From the NCBI GenBank assembly GCA_036172245.1, contig JAYWIR010000006.1, positions 4,774,001 to 4,838,000 of the forward strand: a DNA stretch of 64,000 nucleotides, given 5' to 3'. Made by a program: the position numbers and the translations under genes. The DNA comes from Raillietiella orientalis. Lineage: Eukaryota. Positions 63,571 through 64,000 of the stretch are shown here, piece by piece; the stretch's first letter is position 1, and every line of letters starts with the position of its first letter. The notes beneath the pieces were generated by a model. It was given only the letters and a program-made list of their open reading frames with translations. It was not told the origin of the DNA and did no database searches.

Positions 63571-64000
63571 TTCCAGTCGCCGCGGCATGCTGTCCGGGAA
63601 CGGCCGGCTCCGTTGATTCCCAGCTGCCTCGCGCGGAAGATGGCGGAAGAGTCTCCCCGGGGGGTCTCGGACGAGGGAATTCGCGGGACTCTTATTCGGA
63701 GAGAGGATAAATCGCCTCGGGCGTTCGACCCTTCGCGAGATTTCGGACTGGGCTCGCATTCCATGGGGAGGAAGCCCCTGCACCCCATTTGGATGCTAGG
63801 TCGCGGTCCCGCTCCCCCCCTCTCCTTCGCTGGAAGAGTCTGGAAACGCCACCTCGCTCTCATGCTCCCGTCTTCGCGCTCCTATCGGCTACGTCTTCTG
63901 GAGACCGGAGAGTCCGCGGGAAGGAAGGGGGTGGAAGTAGGATTTTTTTTCCGGGATCGGGATTGATGGATCTGAGTTCAGTTCAAGGACGCTGCGCTCA

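Noticed and set aside
1..64000. CRISPR arrays, rRNA, operons, or prokaryotic defence/retron-type systems
   Set aside because: No regularly spaced repeat-spacer arrays, rRNA motifs or gene-dense architecture were seen. The only RT is a broken eukaryotic LINE-type one, and the one intact gene has spliceosomal introns.

Overview
GC-rich, repeat-dense eukaryotic genomic DNA. It is most likely arthropod, because the one recognisable intact gene is a beaten-path (Beat)-type two-Ig-domain gene; the species cannot be determined. The gene is on the minus strand. Four internal exons join in frame through GT-AG sites (18788-18993, 11942-12077, 9826-9959, 9525-9759). A candidate hydrophobic terminal exon lies at 2435-2520, and the signal-peptide exon was not located. 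The candidate terminal exon sits in the 2-kb spacer of a near-perfect inverted repeat of at least 1.33 kb (1-1331 / 3353-4683). The rest of the window is mostly decayed mobile DNA: several L1/Tx1-like LINE remnants (best at 48.4-51.0 kb, with YADD), about seven copies of a tRNA-headed SINE-like family, other unclassified dispersed repeats, long purine-only or pyrimidine-only tracts, and a frameshifted intronless aspartylglucosaminidase (AGA)-like pseudogene fragment. Local inverted duplications are frequent and include a hairpin with 166-bp arms. Most ORFs in the supplied track are spurious products of high GC. All homology calls were made by eye, and no searches were run.
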